64,000 nucleotides of DNA. Source: Anaerolineales bacterium. GTDB taxonomy: Bacteria; Chloroflexota; Anaerolineae; 4572-78; NAK82. Shown here in pieces: positions 27,769 to 37,631 of the stretch; position 1 is the first letter of the stretch; every line of letters starts with the position of its first letter. Below the pieces are notes generated by a model. The model saw only the letters and a program-made list of their open reading frames with translations, made no database searches and was not told where the DNA came from. The stretch covers positions 1,369,313 through 1,433,312 of the forward strand of contig CP070811.1 of assembly GCA_020343875.1 (NCBI GenBank). The letters run 5' to 3'. The translations under genes and the position numbers were made by a program.

Positions 27769-28761
27769 GTGAGCGATAACTATATCATCAAAACCGAGAA
27801 TCTAACCCGAAAATTTGGCGATCTGGTTGCAGTGGACGGCTTGAACCTGGAGATCGGGCAAGGCGAAATCTTCGGTTTGGTTGGTCCGGATGGAGCCGGC
27901 AAAACCACCACCATCCGCATGCTGGCAGCCATCATGGATCCTACCGAAGGTCAAGCCACCGTGGCTGGATACGACACGATGAAACAGGCCGAGGCTATCA
28001 AGCATCGCATCGGCTACATGGCACAACAATTCAATCTGTATGCCGATCTAAGCGTTCAAGAGAACCTGGATTTCTTTGCTGACATCTTTGGCGTACGTGG
28101 ACGGGAACGCAAAGAACGCATAACCCAGCTCTTAAACTTCGCCCGCCTGGCGGAGTTCACCAACCGACGTGCGGCACACCTTTCGGGCGGGATGAAGAAA
28201 AAGCTAGCCCTGGCCTGCTCTCTCATTCACCGGCCCGAAATACTGTATCTGGACGAGCCTACCACCGGCGTAGATCCCGTCTCCCGGCGCGAGTTCTGGG
28301 ACATCCTATCAGATCTGCATATCGAAGGGGTTACCATCCTGGTCAGCACACCCTATATGGACGAAGCGGAACGTTGCTCCCGCATCGGATTGATCTACCG
28401 GGGGCAGATCATCGTGTGCGACACCCCTGATCGGGTGAAAGGCTTGGTTGAGGGGGAGCTTATCGAGGTGCGCCCTGTAGCCGAAGATCGAGGGGTAGGC
28501 TTAATCCGCAGAGCTGAGGCAACGATTACCTCTTTGCCTGGCGTGCTGGAGGTGCAAACCTACGGCGACTTGCTCCACATTTTCGTAGACAACGCAGCGC
28601 AACGCGCTCCCCAGTTAAGAGCAGCCCTGGCAGCTCAATCTATCCAAGCCGAGGATCTGCGCCAGACTCACGCGCGCATGGAAGAGGCTTTCATCTCGTT
28701 GATCCGCCGCCAGCAAGAGGAGCAAGCCAGGACGGAGAAGAGCCCGGGCGGGGAGTCCTGA
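27769..28761 (+). CDS. ABC transporter ATP-binding protein
   Basis: Walker A GPDGAGKTT, signature LSGGMKKKL, Walker B ILYLDEPT. Confidence 0.9.
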   Translation: MSDNYIIKTENLTRKFGDLVAVDGLNLEIGQGEIFGLVGPDGAGKTTTIRMLAAIMDPTEGQATVAGYDTMKQAEAIKHRIGYMAQQFNLYADLSVQENLDFFADIFGVRGRERKERITQLLNFARLAEFTNRRAAHLSGGMKKKLALACSLIHRPEILYLDEPTTGVDPVSRREFWDILSDLHIEGVTILVSTPYMDEAERCSRIGLIYRGQIIVCDTPDRVKGLVEGELIEVRPVAEDRGVGLIRRAEATITSLPGVLEVQTYGDLLHIFVDNAAQRAPQLRAALAAQSIQAEDLRQTHARMEEAFISLIRRQQEEQARTEKSPGGES

Positions 28762-28794
28762 AACAGGCACAGATCGAAAGCGCGAGAAAGCCAA

Positions 28795-29751
28795 ATGAAC
28801 GAACGCCTAAACAACCAGGCCGTCGAGGCCCAAAGACTGACCAAGCAATTCGACAGCTTCACCGCTGTGGATCACATCTCTTTCAGCATTCCCCGCGGAC
28901 AGATCTTTGGCTTTCTGGGGCCCAACGGCGCCGGCAAAACCACCACCATTCGCATGTTGCTGGGGCTACTACGGCCCAGTTCAGGCACAGCCTCCGTGCT
29001 GGGCTTCGACATCGTGAAGAGTTCCGAGGAGATCCGCAAACGCATCGGATACATGAGCCAAAAGTTTAGCCTGTACAACGATCTGACCGTAGAAGAGAAC
29101 CTGAACTTCTACGGAGGCACCTACGGTGTGCGCGGTGAACGACTACGTACGCGGAAGCAATATATCTTGAGAATGGCCGGCTTGGAAGGCCGAGAACGCG
29201 AACTAACCAAAAACCTGTCCGGCGGGTGGAAGCAGCGGCTGGCCCTGGGCACTGCCATCATTCACGAGCCCGAGATGCTCTTTCTGGATGAGCCGACGGC
29301 AGGCGTGGACCCTATCTCGCGGCGAGCCTTTTGGAACCTGCTATACGAACTGGCCGAAGGGGGCACCACCATCATGGTCACCACTCACTACATGGATGAG
29401 GCCGAGCATTGCCAAAGCCTGGCCTTCATCCAGCGTGGCCGGCTGGTGGAAATGGGCTCGCCGCAAGAGATCAAAGCCCAAGAGATGCATGGTCAGGTGC
29501 TCGAAATTGCTTGTGATCAGCCCAACCTGGCCATCCCAGCCTTGCGCCAGTTAGGACTCTTTGAAGAAGTGGCCCTGTACGGCGCGTTGATCCACGTTGT
29601 CACCCAATACCCGGCCGCACATCGCCCGCTCATTGAGCGTGCCTTGGGCGATCGGGGCATAGACATTTCCACCATCGACAGCATCGCTCCATCACTGGAG
29701 GACGTGTTCATTGCCAGCGCCCGCCGTCAGGAGAAAGATCATAACCCATGA
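28795..29751 (+). CDS. ABC transporter ATP-binding protein
   Basis: Walker A GPNGAGKTT, signature LSGGWKQRL, Walker B MLFLDEPT. Confidence 0.9.
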   Translation: MNERLNNQAVEAQRLTKQFDSFTAVDHISFSIPRGQIFGFLGPNGAGKTTTIRMLLGLLRPSSGTASVLGFDIVKSSEEIRKRIGYMSQKFSLYNDLTVEENLNFYGGTYGVRGERLRTRKQYILRMAGLEGRERELTKNLSGGWKQRLALGTAIIHEPEMLFLDEPTAGVDPISRRAFWNLLYELAEGGTTIMVTTHYMDEAEHCQSLAFIQRGRLVEMGSPQEIKAQEMHGQVLEIACDQPNLAIPALRQLGLFEEVALYGALIHVVTQYPAAHRPLIERALGDRGIDISTIDSIAPSLEDVFIASARRQEKDHNP

Positions 29752-29781
29752 AGTGTATCACTCAGCAATAGGAGCAATCGA

Positions 29782-31194
29782 ATGAGACAGCGAATCATCG
29801 AAGCAGCGATCATTATCGTGCTGCTGCTGGCCTTGGTCGGTGGAGTCTATTGGTATTTCGCCAATAACCCCCAGGCTTGGGGATGGGTGTTGGGTGCTTG
29901 GGAAAGAGTGCTGGTTGAATTAGAACTGACGACGCCCGAGGCCGAAAGGGCAGGTATCACCGCCTCAGGTTTTATCGAGGTTCGCCAGGTGACAATAGCG
30001 CCCGAGGTGAGCGGACGTCTTGCTCACCTACTTGTAGATGAAGGCGATCAGGTGAAAGCGAGCCAGGTTTTAGCTGAAATTGACACTGACCTTATTGACT
30101 CCGAAATCGCCATTGCAGAGGCGGGTGTAGCCATGGCCGAAGCGCAATTGGCTCGGGTCAAGGTTGGCGCTCGAGATGAAGAGATTGCCGTGGCCGAGGC
30201 CGGCGTAGGGCTGGCCGAAGCCCAGCGGGACGCCGCCTATCAGGCCTGGCAAGATGCTATCTTGCTACGTGACAACCCACAAGAGTTAGACTTGCAAATC
30301 GCCGCCGTGCGCAGCCAGATCACCATCCTGGAACATCGCATTCAACAGATGGCTGCTCTCAAAGATGCCACCAATCTGATAAGCAATCTGCGCGAGCGGC
30401 AGGTCACCATTATTGAAGAGGGAATTGATTATAATTTCAGCATTCCTGGCCAGGGTACCTTCTCCGGCCATTTCAACTTCCCCGAAGGCGAAAAACGCCA
30501 GGCATGGGCAGGCTGGAACTTGGCCACCACCGACGTTTGGAGTGCATGGGCTAACTTGAACCAAGCTACTGCAGCTCGTGATGCTGCCCGACAGAAGCTG
30601 AGCGATTTGCTGGCCATACGTGAAAACCCACAACAAGCTAAAGTCCAGGCTGCTCAGACTGAAGCTGCCTATCAACAGGCCGTAGCCGGCGTGGAGGTAA
30701 GCCAGGCCAATCTGGACATCGCTCGTGCGGGTGCAACCCAAGAACAGATAGAAGTAGCCCGCACTGGCCTTAGTCAAGCCCAGGCTACCCTGAAAACACT
30801 AGAAGTCCAACGCCAGAAGTACGTTCTGCGAGCCCCCCTGGCAGGGTTGGTGGTCGAACGAATCGCCCACGAAGGCGAGATGGCCCTACCAGGAATGGCC
30901 ATGCTCACTATAGCCAGCCTCGACTCGGTGGAACTGACAATCTACATCCCCGAGCCTGATGTAGGAAAAGTGTTTCTGTCGCAGCCAGTAGAAGTGTCGG
31001 TTGACTCCTTCTCAGGCGAGATCTTCGCCGGTCAGGTCGTCTGGATTTCTGACGAAGCCGAATTCACACCCAAGAATATCCAGACCAAAGAGGAGCGGGT
31101 GAACACAGTCTTTGCCGTCAAAGCTAATATCCCGAATCCGGGCCATAAATTGAAGCCAGGCATGCCCGCCGACGCGGTACTGGCGCTGCAATAG
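29782..31194 (+). CDS. HlyD-family membrane fusion (periplasmic adaptor) protein
   Basis: N-terminal TM helix, a long Ala/Gln/Glu coiled-coil, and a C-terminal beta-barrel ending FTPKNIQTKEERVNTVFAVKANIPNPGHKLKPGMPADA. Confidence 0.85.
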   Translation: MRQRIIEAAIIIVLLLALVGGVYWYFANNPQAWGWVLGAWERVLVELELTTPEAERAGITASGFIEVRQVTIAPEVSGRLAHLLVDEGDQVKASQVLAEIDTDLIDSEIAIAEAGVAMAEAQLARVKVGARDEEIAVAEAGVGLAEAQRDAAYQAWQDAILLRDNPQELDLQIAAVRSQITILEHRIQQMAALKDATNLISNLRERQVTIIEEGIDYNFSIPGQGTFSGHFNFPEGEKRQAWAGWNLATTDVWSAWANLNQATAARDAARQKLSDLLAIRENPQQAKVQAAQTEAAYQQAVAGVEVSQANLDIARAGATQEQIEVARTGLSQAQATLKTLEVQRQKYVLRAPLAGLVVERIAHEGEMALPGMAMLTIASLDSVELTIYIPEPDVGKVFLSQPVEVSVDSFSGEIFAGQVVWISDEAEFTPKNIQTKEERVNTVFAVKANIPNPGHKLKPGMPADAVLALQ

Positions 31195-31203
31195 GAGAGG
31201 CAA

Positions 31204-32502
31204 ATGAAGCGAGTAATCCCCATTTTAATCCTGCTAGGCCTTATCGGCGCTGGTTATTACTGGTGGACGACCCAGAGCAGTGGCGATGTGGTGAGCTTGG
31301 CTGCCCAGGGGGGTCCACTCTGGCGAAAAGAGTCCAACGACCGTATCCTCGGGTCAGGCACCATTGAAGCCGAAATCATTGCCATCACCAGCGAGACCGG
31401 CGGGCGCATAGTAGCCATCTATGCAGATGAGGGTGACGAGGTACACTTGGGTGACTTGTTGGTGGAGCTCGACACGTCGTTGCTGCAAGCGGAGCAAGGC
31501 CGATTACAGGCCGCCCTGGCGACCGCCCAGGCCAATCTAGCTGAGGTCAGTGCACCACCTCGCCCAGAGGATGTGCTGGCAGCCGAGGCCGAATTACAGC
31601 AGGCCCAGGCTGCTCGCGCCGGTGCTTACACCGTGTGGCAGGAAGTGAAATCCGCCGCCGACAACCCGCTAGAATTAAAAGCCGAGGTAGAGGCAACACG
31701 GCGCCAAATTGTCATGCTCGAACAACAGGTTGAAGCTGCACAAGCCGGGCTAAAAACCGCCCAGATTCAGCGTGACGAGGCAGCCCGCAACCAATCAAAC
31801 GACGAGGCAATAACCCTCTCCCAGGCGGCTGTTAAGCAAGCCGAGGCAGCTCAGGCTAACCTGGCCGCCACCGAGGCCGAGCTGGCAGGAGCATGGCGCC
31901 AATTGGAGCTTTTGATTGCTATGCGAGATAATCCACTAATCCTCATCACTCAAGCCAACACCGCCCAAACTGCTTATGGGCAAACACAGGCCGGGGTATT
32001 GGTGGCGGAGGCCAAACTGGCCTCGGTGAAGGCTGGCCCAATACCAGAGGAGGTGGCTATCGCCAAGGCGCAGGTACAACAGGCCGAAGCCGTCCTGGCT
32101 CACCTTGAAGTGCAACTTGGCAAACTAAAGCTCCCCACACCCCGTGACGGGATTATTACCAGCAGACCGGCCCATCCAGGCGAATTAGCTATGCCAGGTA
32201 CTACGCTGATCAACCTGGGTGACCTGGATGAAGTAACCTTGACCGTCTTCATTCCGGAAACCCAAATCGGGCGGATAAAGATAGGGCAGACCGGCCGGGT
32301 CAACGTGGACGCTTATCCAGGCGAAACCTTTGAGGGCAGCGTGACCTTCATCGCGCCAGAGGCTGAATTCACGCCAAAAAACGTCCAAACCGAGGAAGAG
32401 AGGGTAAATCTGGTCTTCGCCGTCAAAATCAGGCTGGACAACCCAGGGCATCGGCTGAAGCCAGGCATGCCTGCCGACGCAGAGATCATAACCGACTTGT
32501 AG
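31204..32502 (+). CDS. HlyD-family membrane fusion protein (paralogue of the preceding gene)
   Basis: Same architecture. The C-terminus FTPKNVQTEEERVNLVFAVKIRLDNPGHRLKPGMPADA is near-identical in pattern. Confidence 0.85.
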   Translation: MKRVIPILILLGLIGAGYYWWTTQSSGDVVSLAAQGGPLWRKESNDRILGSGTIEAEIIAITSETGGRIVAIYADEGDEVHLGDLLVELDTSLLQAEQGRLQAALATAQANLAEVSAPPRPEDVLAAEAELQQAQAARAGAYTVWQEVKSAADNPLELKAEVEATRRQIVMLEQQVEAAQAGLKTAQIQRDEAARNQSNDEAITLSQAAVKQAEAAQANLAATEAELAGAWRQLELLIAMRDNPLILITQANTAQTAYGQTQAGVLVAEAKLASVKAGPIPEEVAIAKAQVQQAEAVLAHLEVQLGKLKLPTPRDGIITSRPAHPGELAMPGTTLINLGDLDEVTLTVFIPETQIGRIKIGQTGRVNVDAYPGETFEGSVTFIAPEAEFTPKNVQTEEERVNLVFAVKIRLDNPGHRLKPGMPADAEIITDL

Positions 32503-32581
32503 GAAAAAGGACAAAGCGAAATCCTGACCCTCGCCCGCCAAGACCTCGCTTTGTACATCACGATACAAAGTGTATTTACAA

Positions 32582-33265
32582 TCAGTCCTTCTTGATCACA
32601 TATCCCTGCCGCCCCAACGTTAAAATGAATTCGGGCTGGCTGGGATTCTCCTCCAGTTTCTCACGCAGGTTGCGAATGTGCATCCGGACCAGAGCCGGGT
32701 CTCCCACGCCGGGAGGATAATCCCATACCTCCTCCAGCAGGCGGTAGGTAGGTAATATCTCGCCCGGTCGGCGCATCATATAGTCCAGCAGGGAGAATTC
32801 AGTCGGGGTCAGAATACAGGTGTTCTTGTCACTTGACGCCTCGCGAGATCGCACGTCCAGCGTGAGCCCTCCCACCTGCAAAGTCTCTGCAGATGCATAA
32901 GGCTGAGCACGACGTAATACCGCATGCACCCGCACCTCCAGCTCGCGCATGTCAAAGGGCTTAGGCACATAATCATCAGCTCCCGCATCGAAACCTTCCA
33001 ACTTGTCATCCAGTGTGCCCCGCGCGGTCAAAAAGATGACTGGTATGGTCATTAACGAGGGCGTAGCGCGTAATTGCCGGCAGACCTCATATCCCGTCAT
33101 CTTCGGCATCGTCACGTCGAGCAAGATCAGGTCCGGGGCAAAGCGATGGGCCTCTGCCAACCCTGCCGGGCCATCCGGAGCCGTAGTTACTTCATGCCCT
33201 AACAAGCCCCGCTTGATCAGGTCCCGTATGTTCTCCTCATCGTCTATCGCCAGGATACGAGCCAT
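32582..33265 (-). CDS. OmpR/PhoB-family response regulator
   Basis: Receiver domain (ILAIDDEENI...LILLDVTMPKMTGYEV...KPF) plus a winged-helix output domain (LTPTEFSLLDYMMRRPGEILPTYRLLEEVW). Confidence 0.9.
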   Translation of the reverse strand: MARILAIDDEENIRDLIKRGLLGHEVTTAPDGPAGLAEAHRFAPDLILLDVTMPKMTGYEVCRQLRATPSLMTIPVIFLTARGTLDDKLEGFDAGADDYVPKPFDMRELEVRVHAVLRRAQPYASAETLQVGGLTLDVRSREASSDKNTCILTPTEFSLLDYMMRRPGEILPTYRLLEEVWDYPPGVGDPALVRMHIRNLREKLEENPSQPEFILTLGRQGYVIKKD

Positions 33266-33476
33266 AATGCCTCCGAATGTCTCTGGACCTGCCAGGCCCC
33301 TCGCTTACCACAGAACACAGTGCCAGAGCCGAGCGCATATGTTCCATATGACTAGGGCAATTATAGCAGGGAGTTCCACTCTGTGCAATGGCAGCACTTG
33401 GCAGCATCAGATTTCGGCATTCCAGCCTGCCAGGGTATAATCAAAACCAACATCTGTTCATCGTGGAGAGGATTCT

Positions 33477-35003
33477 ATGCCATCAGGTATCAATATTGTA
33501 GGGTTGGGGCCGGGTGGATCCAATCTGTGGACAGAAGACGCCCGTAGAGTTTTGACCTCAGCTCAGGAGCTGTGGTTACGCACCGCACGGCACCCGGGTC
33601 TTGAAACGTTACGTGATTGCGGGAAAACCCAGATCCATTCCTTTGACTCCTGGTACGAGGAGGCGTCTGATTTCGCCTCTCTTTACGACCGCATCGCTGA
33701 CCACATCGTAACCCTAGGAGCACGCGAAGAAGGGATAGTCTATGCAGTACCGGGCAGCCCCATGATCGGTGAAGCCACCGTGCCCCGTATCCGTTCGCGG
33801 GCAGCCACAGCTGGCCTGCCTGTCACCATCGTCCCCGGCCTTAGTTTCATCGAGCCTACCCTTGCTGCCCTGGGCATTGACGCTCTTGACGGACTGCAAA
33901 TAGCCGACGCCGCCCAATTGGCCACCATGCACCATCCTCCTCTTGACCCGGATCACCCCGCGTTGATCGCACAACTCTATAGTCGGCGTCAAGCAGCCCA
34001 AGTAAAGCTGACCTTGATGAACGCCTATCCGGACGACCACCTCATAGCTCTGGTTCGCGCAGCCGGAACCGATAAGGAACAGGTGCTCAAGTGCCCTCTT
34101 TTTAAGCTGGATCGGCAACCAAGCATTGACCATCTGGTCACGCTATACCTGCCAGCTATACCCCATGCGTCAGGTCTGCCTGCCTTCCAGGAGAGCATTG
34201 CCCACTTGCGCGCCCCAGACGGCTGTCCGTGGGACCGGGAGCAGACCCACCAGAGCCTGCGACCCTACTTGCTGGAAGAGTGCCACGAAGTATTGGCTGC
34301 CCTGGACGCCGAAGACCTTGACGCGCTGCGCGAAGAGTTAGGGGATCTACTGCTCCAAGTTATCTTGCACGCCCAAATCGCCACCGAGATGGGAGAATTT
34401 CAAATGGCCGACGTCATCGGCAAAGTAGACGCCAAGATCCGACGTCGCCATCCTCACGTCTTCGGAGATGTGACCGTCAACGGGATAGAAGACGTGCTCA
34501 GCAATTGGGATGCCATCAAGAGAGCAGAGCGTGCAGCGCACACGCATAGCCTGCCAGAAGTGGAGGATAGCGCTCAAGGGAGAAAGCCTGCCCATGAGTC
34601 AATCTTGGATGGCGTGCCGCTAGCCATGCCTGCCCTGGCCCGGGCCCAGCTCATCTCGCAAAAGGCAGTCCGGGTGGGATTTGAATGGCCGAACCTGGAT
34701 GGTGTGCTGGAAAAGCTAGCTGAAGAGGCGCGTGAGGTCGCAGACGCTCAAACCCCCGAAGAACGCGAAGCAGAGATCGGTGACCTGCTGTTCGTAACAG
34801 TTAACCTGGCGCGCTGGCTAGGTGTAGACGCCGAAAGTGCCCTGCGCGCTACCAATGAACGCTTTACTCGCCGCTTCCGTACCCTGGAACAACTGGCTCG
34901 CGAGCGCGATCAGGCTCTCACCGACCTTGACATCACTGCCCTGGATCTGCTATGGGAAGAAGCGAAACGCATACAACTACAGCCTAGGAAAAAAACATCA
35001 TGA
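33477..35003 (+). CDS. YabN-like fusion: tetrapyrrole (SAM-dependent) methylase domain + MazG nucleotide pyrophosphohydrolase domain
   Basis: N-terminus [10 protein letters not shown]...[12 protein letters not shown]. The C-terminal MazG repeats read [28 protein letters not shown]...ELGDLLLQV and ...EEAREV...EIGDLLF. Confidence 0.8.
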   Translation: MPSGINIVGLGPGGSNLWTEDARRVLTSAQELWLRTARHPGLETLRDCGKTQIHSFDSWYEEASDFASLYDRIADHIVTLGAREEGIVYAVPGSPMIGEATVPRIRSRAATAGLPVTIVPGLSFIEPTLAALGIDALDGLQIADAAQLATMHHPPLDPDHPALIAQLYSRRQAAQVKLTLMNAYPDDHLIALVRAAGTDKEQVLKCPLFKLDRQPSIDHLVTLYLPAIPHASGLPAFQESIAHLRAPDGCPWDREQTHQSLRPYLLEECHEVLAALDAEDLDALREELGDLLLQVILHAQIATEMGEFQMADVIGKVDAKIRRRHPHVFGDVTVNGIEDVLSNWDAIKRAERAAHTHSLPEVEDSAQGRKPAHESILDGVPLAMPALARAQLISQKAVRVGFEWPNLDGVLEKLAEEAREVADAQTPEEREAEIGDLLFVTVNLARWLGVDAESALRATNERFTRRFRTLEQLARERDQALTDLDITALDLLWEEAKRIQLQPRKKTS

Positions 35004-35133
35004 GCTCACTTCTTGCCATACGACATGGGCGCTACTTCTCATTCTAGACAAATTCGACAGACTGAGTAGAATAATTCGCATAGTCGGTTACTACCACACC
35101 CAACCAATCCCCAAAAAGGAGGTGTTTTACCAT

Positions 35134-35532
35134 ATGTCAAAGAAGGTTTTAAAGACCGACCAAGAATGGAAAGAACAACTCACGCCGGAACAATATCGGA
35201 TTACCAGGCAAAAGGGTACCGAAAGGCCATTTTCCGGAGAATACTACGATAGTAAAGAGAAGGGCATTTACCAATGTGTATGTTGCGGTGCCGAGCTGTT
35301 TAACTCGGAGACAAAATTCGAATCCGGCACAGGCTGGCCGAGTTTTTGGGCCCCCGTCGACGAAGAGAGCGTAAGCTCCGAGGCAGACTATAGTCTTTTC
35401 ATGAATAGAACGGAGATATTATGCGCGGCCTGCGATGCACACCTCGGGCACCTATTCGACGACGGACCGGCGCCGACAGGCCAACGTTATTGCATCAACT
35501 CTGCCGCCCTCAAGTTAGTTAAGAAAGAGTGA
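35134..35532 (+). CDS. msrB: Peptide-methionine (R)-S-oxide reductase MsrB
   Basis: CxxC zinc motifs (CVCCG, CAAC), GTGWPSF, and the catalytic RYCINS. ATG 35134 is preceded by AAGGAGGTG. The longer ORF-track start overlaps the upstream gene. Confidence 0.9.
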   Translation: MSKKVLKTDQEWKEQLTPEQYRITRQKGTERPFSGEYYDSKEKGIYQCVCCGAELFNSETKFESGTGWPSFWAPVDEESVSSEADYSLFMNRTEILCAACDAHLGHLFDDGPAPTGQRYCINSAALKLVKKE

Positions 35533-35593
35533 TTCAAATACAAGAGATTGTATGCAATCGCCATTCTCCAATTCAACAGGAGGCTTGCCTAAG

Positions 35594-36067
35594 ATGTATT
35601 CAATCTTACTTACCCTACATTCACTTTTGCGTTGGATCGTCGTAATCCTGGCCGTGGTGACAGTCATGCGAGCACTCGCTGGCTGGTTTGGCAAGAAACA
35701 ATGGACAGCAATGGATGGTCGATTGGGGATGTTCTCATCCGTCAGCGTCGATCTGCAATTTCTGCTGGGGCTTGCCCTTTACATTTTTCTGAGTCCGCTA
35801 ACCAAGCAAGCGTTTCAAGACTTTGGAGCAGCTATGTCCAATGGCCTGCTGCGCTATTGGGCGGTGGAACATATCTTCTGGATGGTCCTAGCGCTGATTC
35901 TGATGCATGTCGGGCGGGCTTCCTCGAAGCGAGCGGAAGGATCCACCAGCAAACACCGAAGGGTAGCCATTTTCTTTGGCCTGGCCACGCTGGCCATTCT
36001 GTTTGCAATCCCTTGGCCCTTCCTTTCCTACGGACGCCCACTGATCCGGTTGGCTGGGTTGGTCTAG
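35594..36067 (+). CDS. Integral membrane protein (hypothetical, 4 TM)
   Basis: MYSILLTLHSLLRWIVVILAV... ATG 35594 is preceded by AGGAGG. Confidence 0.5.
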   Translation: MYSILLTLHSLLRWIVVILAVVTVMRALAGWFGKKQWTAMDGRLGMFSSVSVDLQFLLGLALYIFLSPLTKQAFQDFGAAMSNGLLRYWAVEHIFWMVLALILMHVGRASSKRAEGSTSKHRRVAIFFGLATLAILFAIPWPFLSYGRPLIRLAGLV

Positions 36068-36230
36068 CCATAAATAGCTCTAATCGAAAACTTCTGGACG
36101 TACCCACCCGAAAGGGTGCGCCCCCCAAAATGGGGAAGCGCAAGGGATAGCAGAGGGAATCTCCCCCTATCTCTCCCAGGCCTGTCCTGATGTCCTAGAA
36201 TCTGGCACAGACCCGACCCGAAAACAACGT

Positions 36231-36259
36231 TTGACGACAGGAGAGGCCGCAAGTATAAT
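36231..36259 (+). promoter_or_regulatory. Sigma70-like promoter (TTGACG-17-TATAAT)
   Basis: TTGACG at 36231-36236 and TATAAT at 36254-36259, ~155 nt upstream of the M50 protease start. Confidence 0.55.
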
Positions 36260-36413
36260 CCACAGTATCAACCTTGATGTGCCCCCAGCAGAGCCGCCCT
36301 GAGGGGAATAGCGCGATTCTGAGTCACAGGCGAGAAAATGGATTTCTTACGGGATCAGGGGGCCACCGGTGCAGTGCGCGGGTGGCCCTTTGCGTCTGCG
36401 GACGGATAGCCAG

Positions 36414-37535
36414 ATGAGATGGTCATTCAAGATTGGGGAAATCAGCGGGATTGCAATCAAGATTCACTTCACTTTTGTCTTCGTGGTCATCTGGGCAGTA
36501 GCGGAGGGAGCGAGCGGCTGGGGTGGGATACGGGGAGCCCTCTTTGCGGCTGCCACAATTCTCTTGCTATTTGCCTGTGTCACCCTACACGAATTGGGAC
36601 ACGGCCTGGTTGCCCGCCGGTTAGGTATAGGGGTGAAAGGCATCACCCTGCTGCCGATTGGTGGCATTGCGCAATTAGAATCTCTTCCCAAAAAGCCAGC
36701 TGATGAGTTGCTGATCGCCCTGGCCGGACCTGCGGTCAACTTTGTACTCGCGATCGGGCTGGGGCTCACCCTGGCTTTAGGAGAGGGTGCTGACTTATTC
36801 CTCAGCCTTGGCTACTTATCCCAGAGTTATGGGCTACTGACAGGAACCAGGAGCGTCCTGTCACTAATCATCTATCTACTGGGCGCTAATCTAATTCTAG
36901 GTCTCTTCAATCTGATCCCCGCTTTCCCAATGGACGGGGGACGTGCGCTACGGGCGCTCCTGGCCACATGGACTAGCTTTCCACGTGCCACTCGTATCGC
37001 AGCCCGGCTGGGGCAGGTGATAGCCGTGGGATTAATCCTATTGGCGCTGTCGCCGGTAGGCAGTGTCTCCTTGGTGCTGGTGGCAGTATTCGTCTTTACT
37101 GGGGCTAGCTTCGAGGATCAAGCGGTGCAGGCACAAGCCATATTGCACGGATTGCGCGTTCGCAACGCTTTACCTATGCGGACGGTCCGCGCCGTAGCCC
37201 CAGACGATTCGCTTTCCAAGGTGATGGAATTGAACTTCCACAATCACCCGTACGGTTTCCCGGTTGTTCGAGGAGGCGTTTTGGTAGGATTGCTCTCACG
37301 CAATGATTTGCTGGCAACGATTCGCCAAGCAGGGGGGCAGGTGCGTGTGGAACAGGCAATGCGGCGCGACTACCCGATTGTTGCGCCCGACGACCACTTA
37401 TTGCACGCACAACAGCTTATTGCACGGACCGGCTTCAGCATGTTACCTGTGTTTGATAAGGGCTACTTTATGGGCCTCATTTCTCTGGAAGACATTAATC
37501 GCGCCTACGCCAATTTTTCTTGGCGTCGCCAATGA
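36414..37535 (+). CDS. Site-2 protease family (peptidase M50) with C-terminal CBS pair
   Basis: [13 protein letters not shown] (HExxH), [12 protein letters not shown], and two C-terminal CBS repeats. Confidence 0.85.
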   Translation: MRWSFKIGEISGIAIKIHFTFVFVVIWAVAEGASGWGGIRGALFAAATILLLFACVTLHELGHGLVARRLGIGVKGITLLPIGGIAQLESLPKKPADELLIALAGPAVNFVLAIGLGLTLALGEGADLFLSLGYLSQSYGLLTGTRSVLSLIIYLLGANLILGLFNLIPAFPMDGGRALRALLATWTSFPRATRIAARLGQVIAVGLILLALSPVGSVSLVLVAVFVFTGASFEDQAVQAQAILHGLRVRNALPMRTVRAVAPDDSLSKVMELNFHNHPYGFPVVRGGVLVGLLSRNDLLATIRQAGGQVRVEQAMRRDYPIVAPDDHLLHAQQLIARTGFSMLPVFDKGYFMGLISLEDINRAYANFSWRRQ

Positions 37536-37631
37536 GACGACACTGCCAAGTAGGGAGTTGTTTCCGAGCAAACACTTAGCAGATAGCGGCCGGTGATCAC
37601 ACCTGGGCCGCCTAAGGTGATAGGGTGAGGT

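Noticed and set aside
34837-35133. Long N-terminal extension of the msrB ORF (ORF track 34837..35532)
   Set aside because: The extension overlaps the 3' end of the YabN-like gene in another frame and has no homology. A strong AAGGAGGTG SD precedes ATG 35134, which gives a normal-length MsrB.
35632-36150. 172-aa alternative-frame ORF overlapping the membrane-protein gene 35594..36067
   Set aside because: The translation is Arg/Gly/Ser-rich with no SD. The other frame gives a clean 4-TM protein with an AGGAGG SD.
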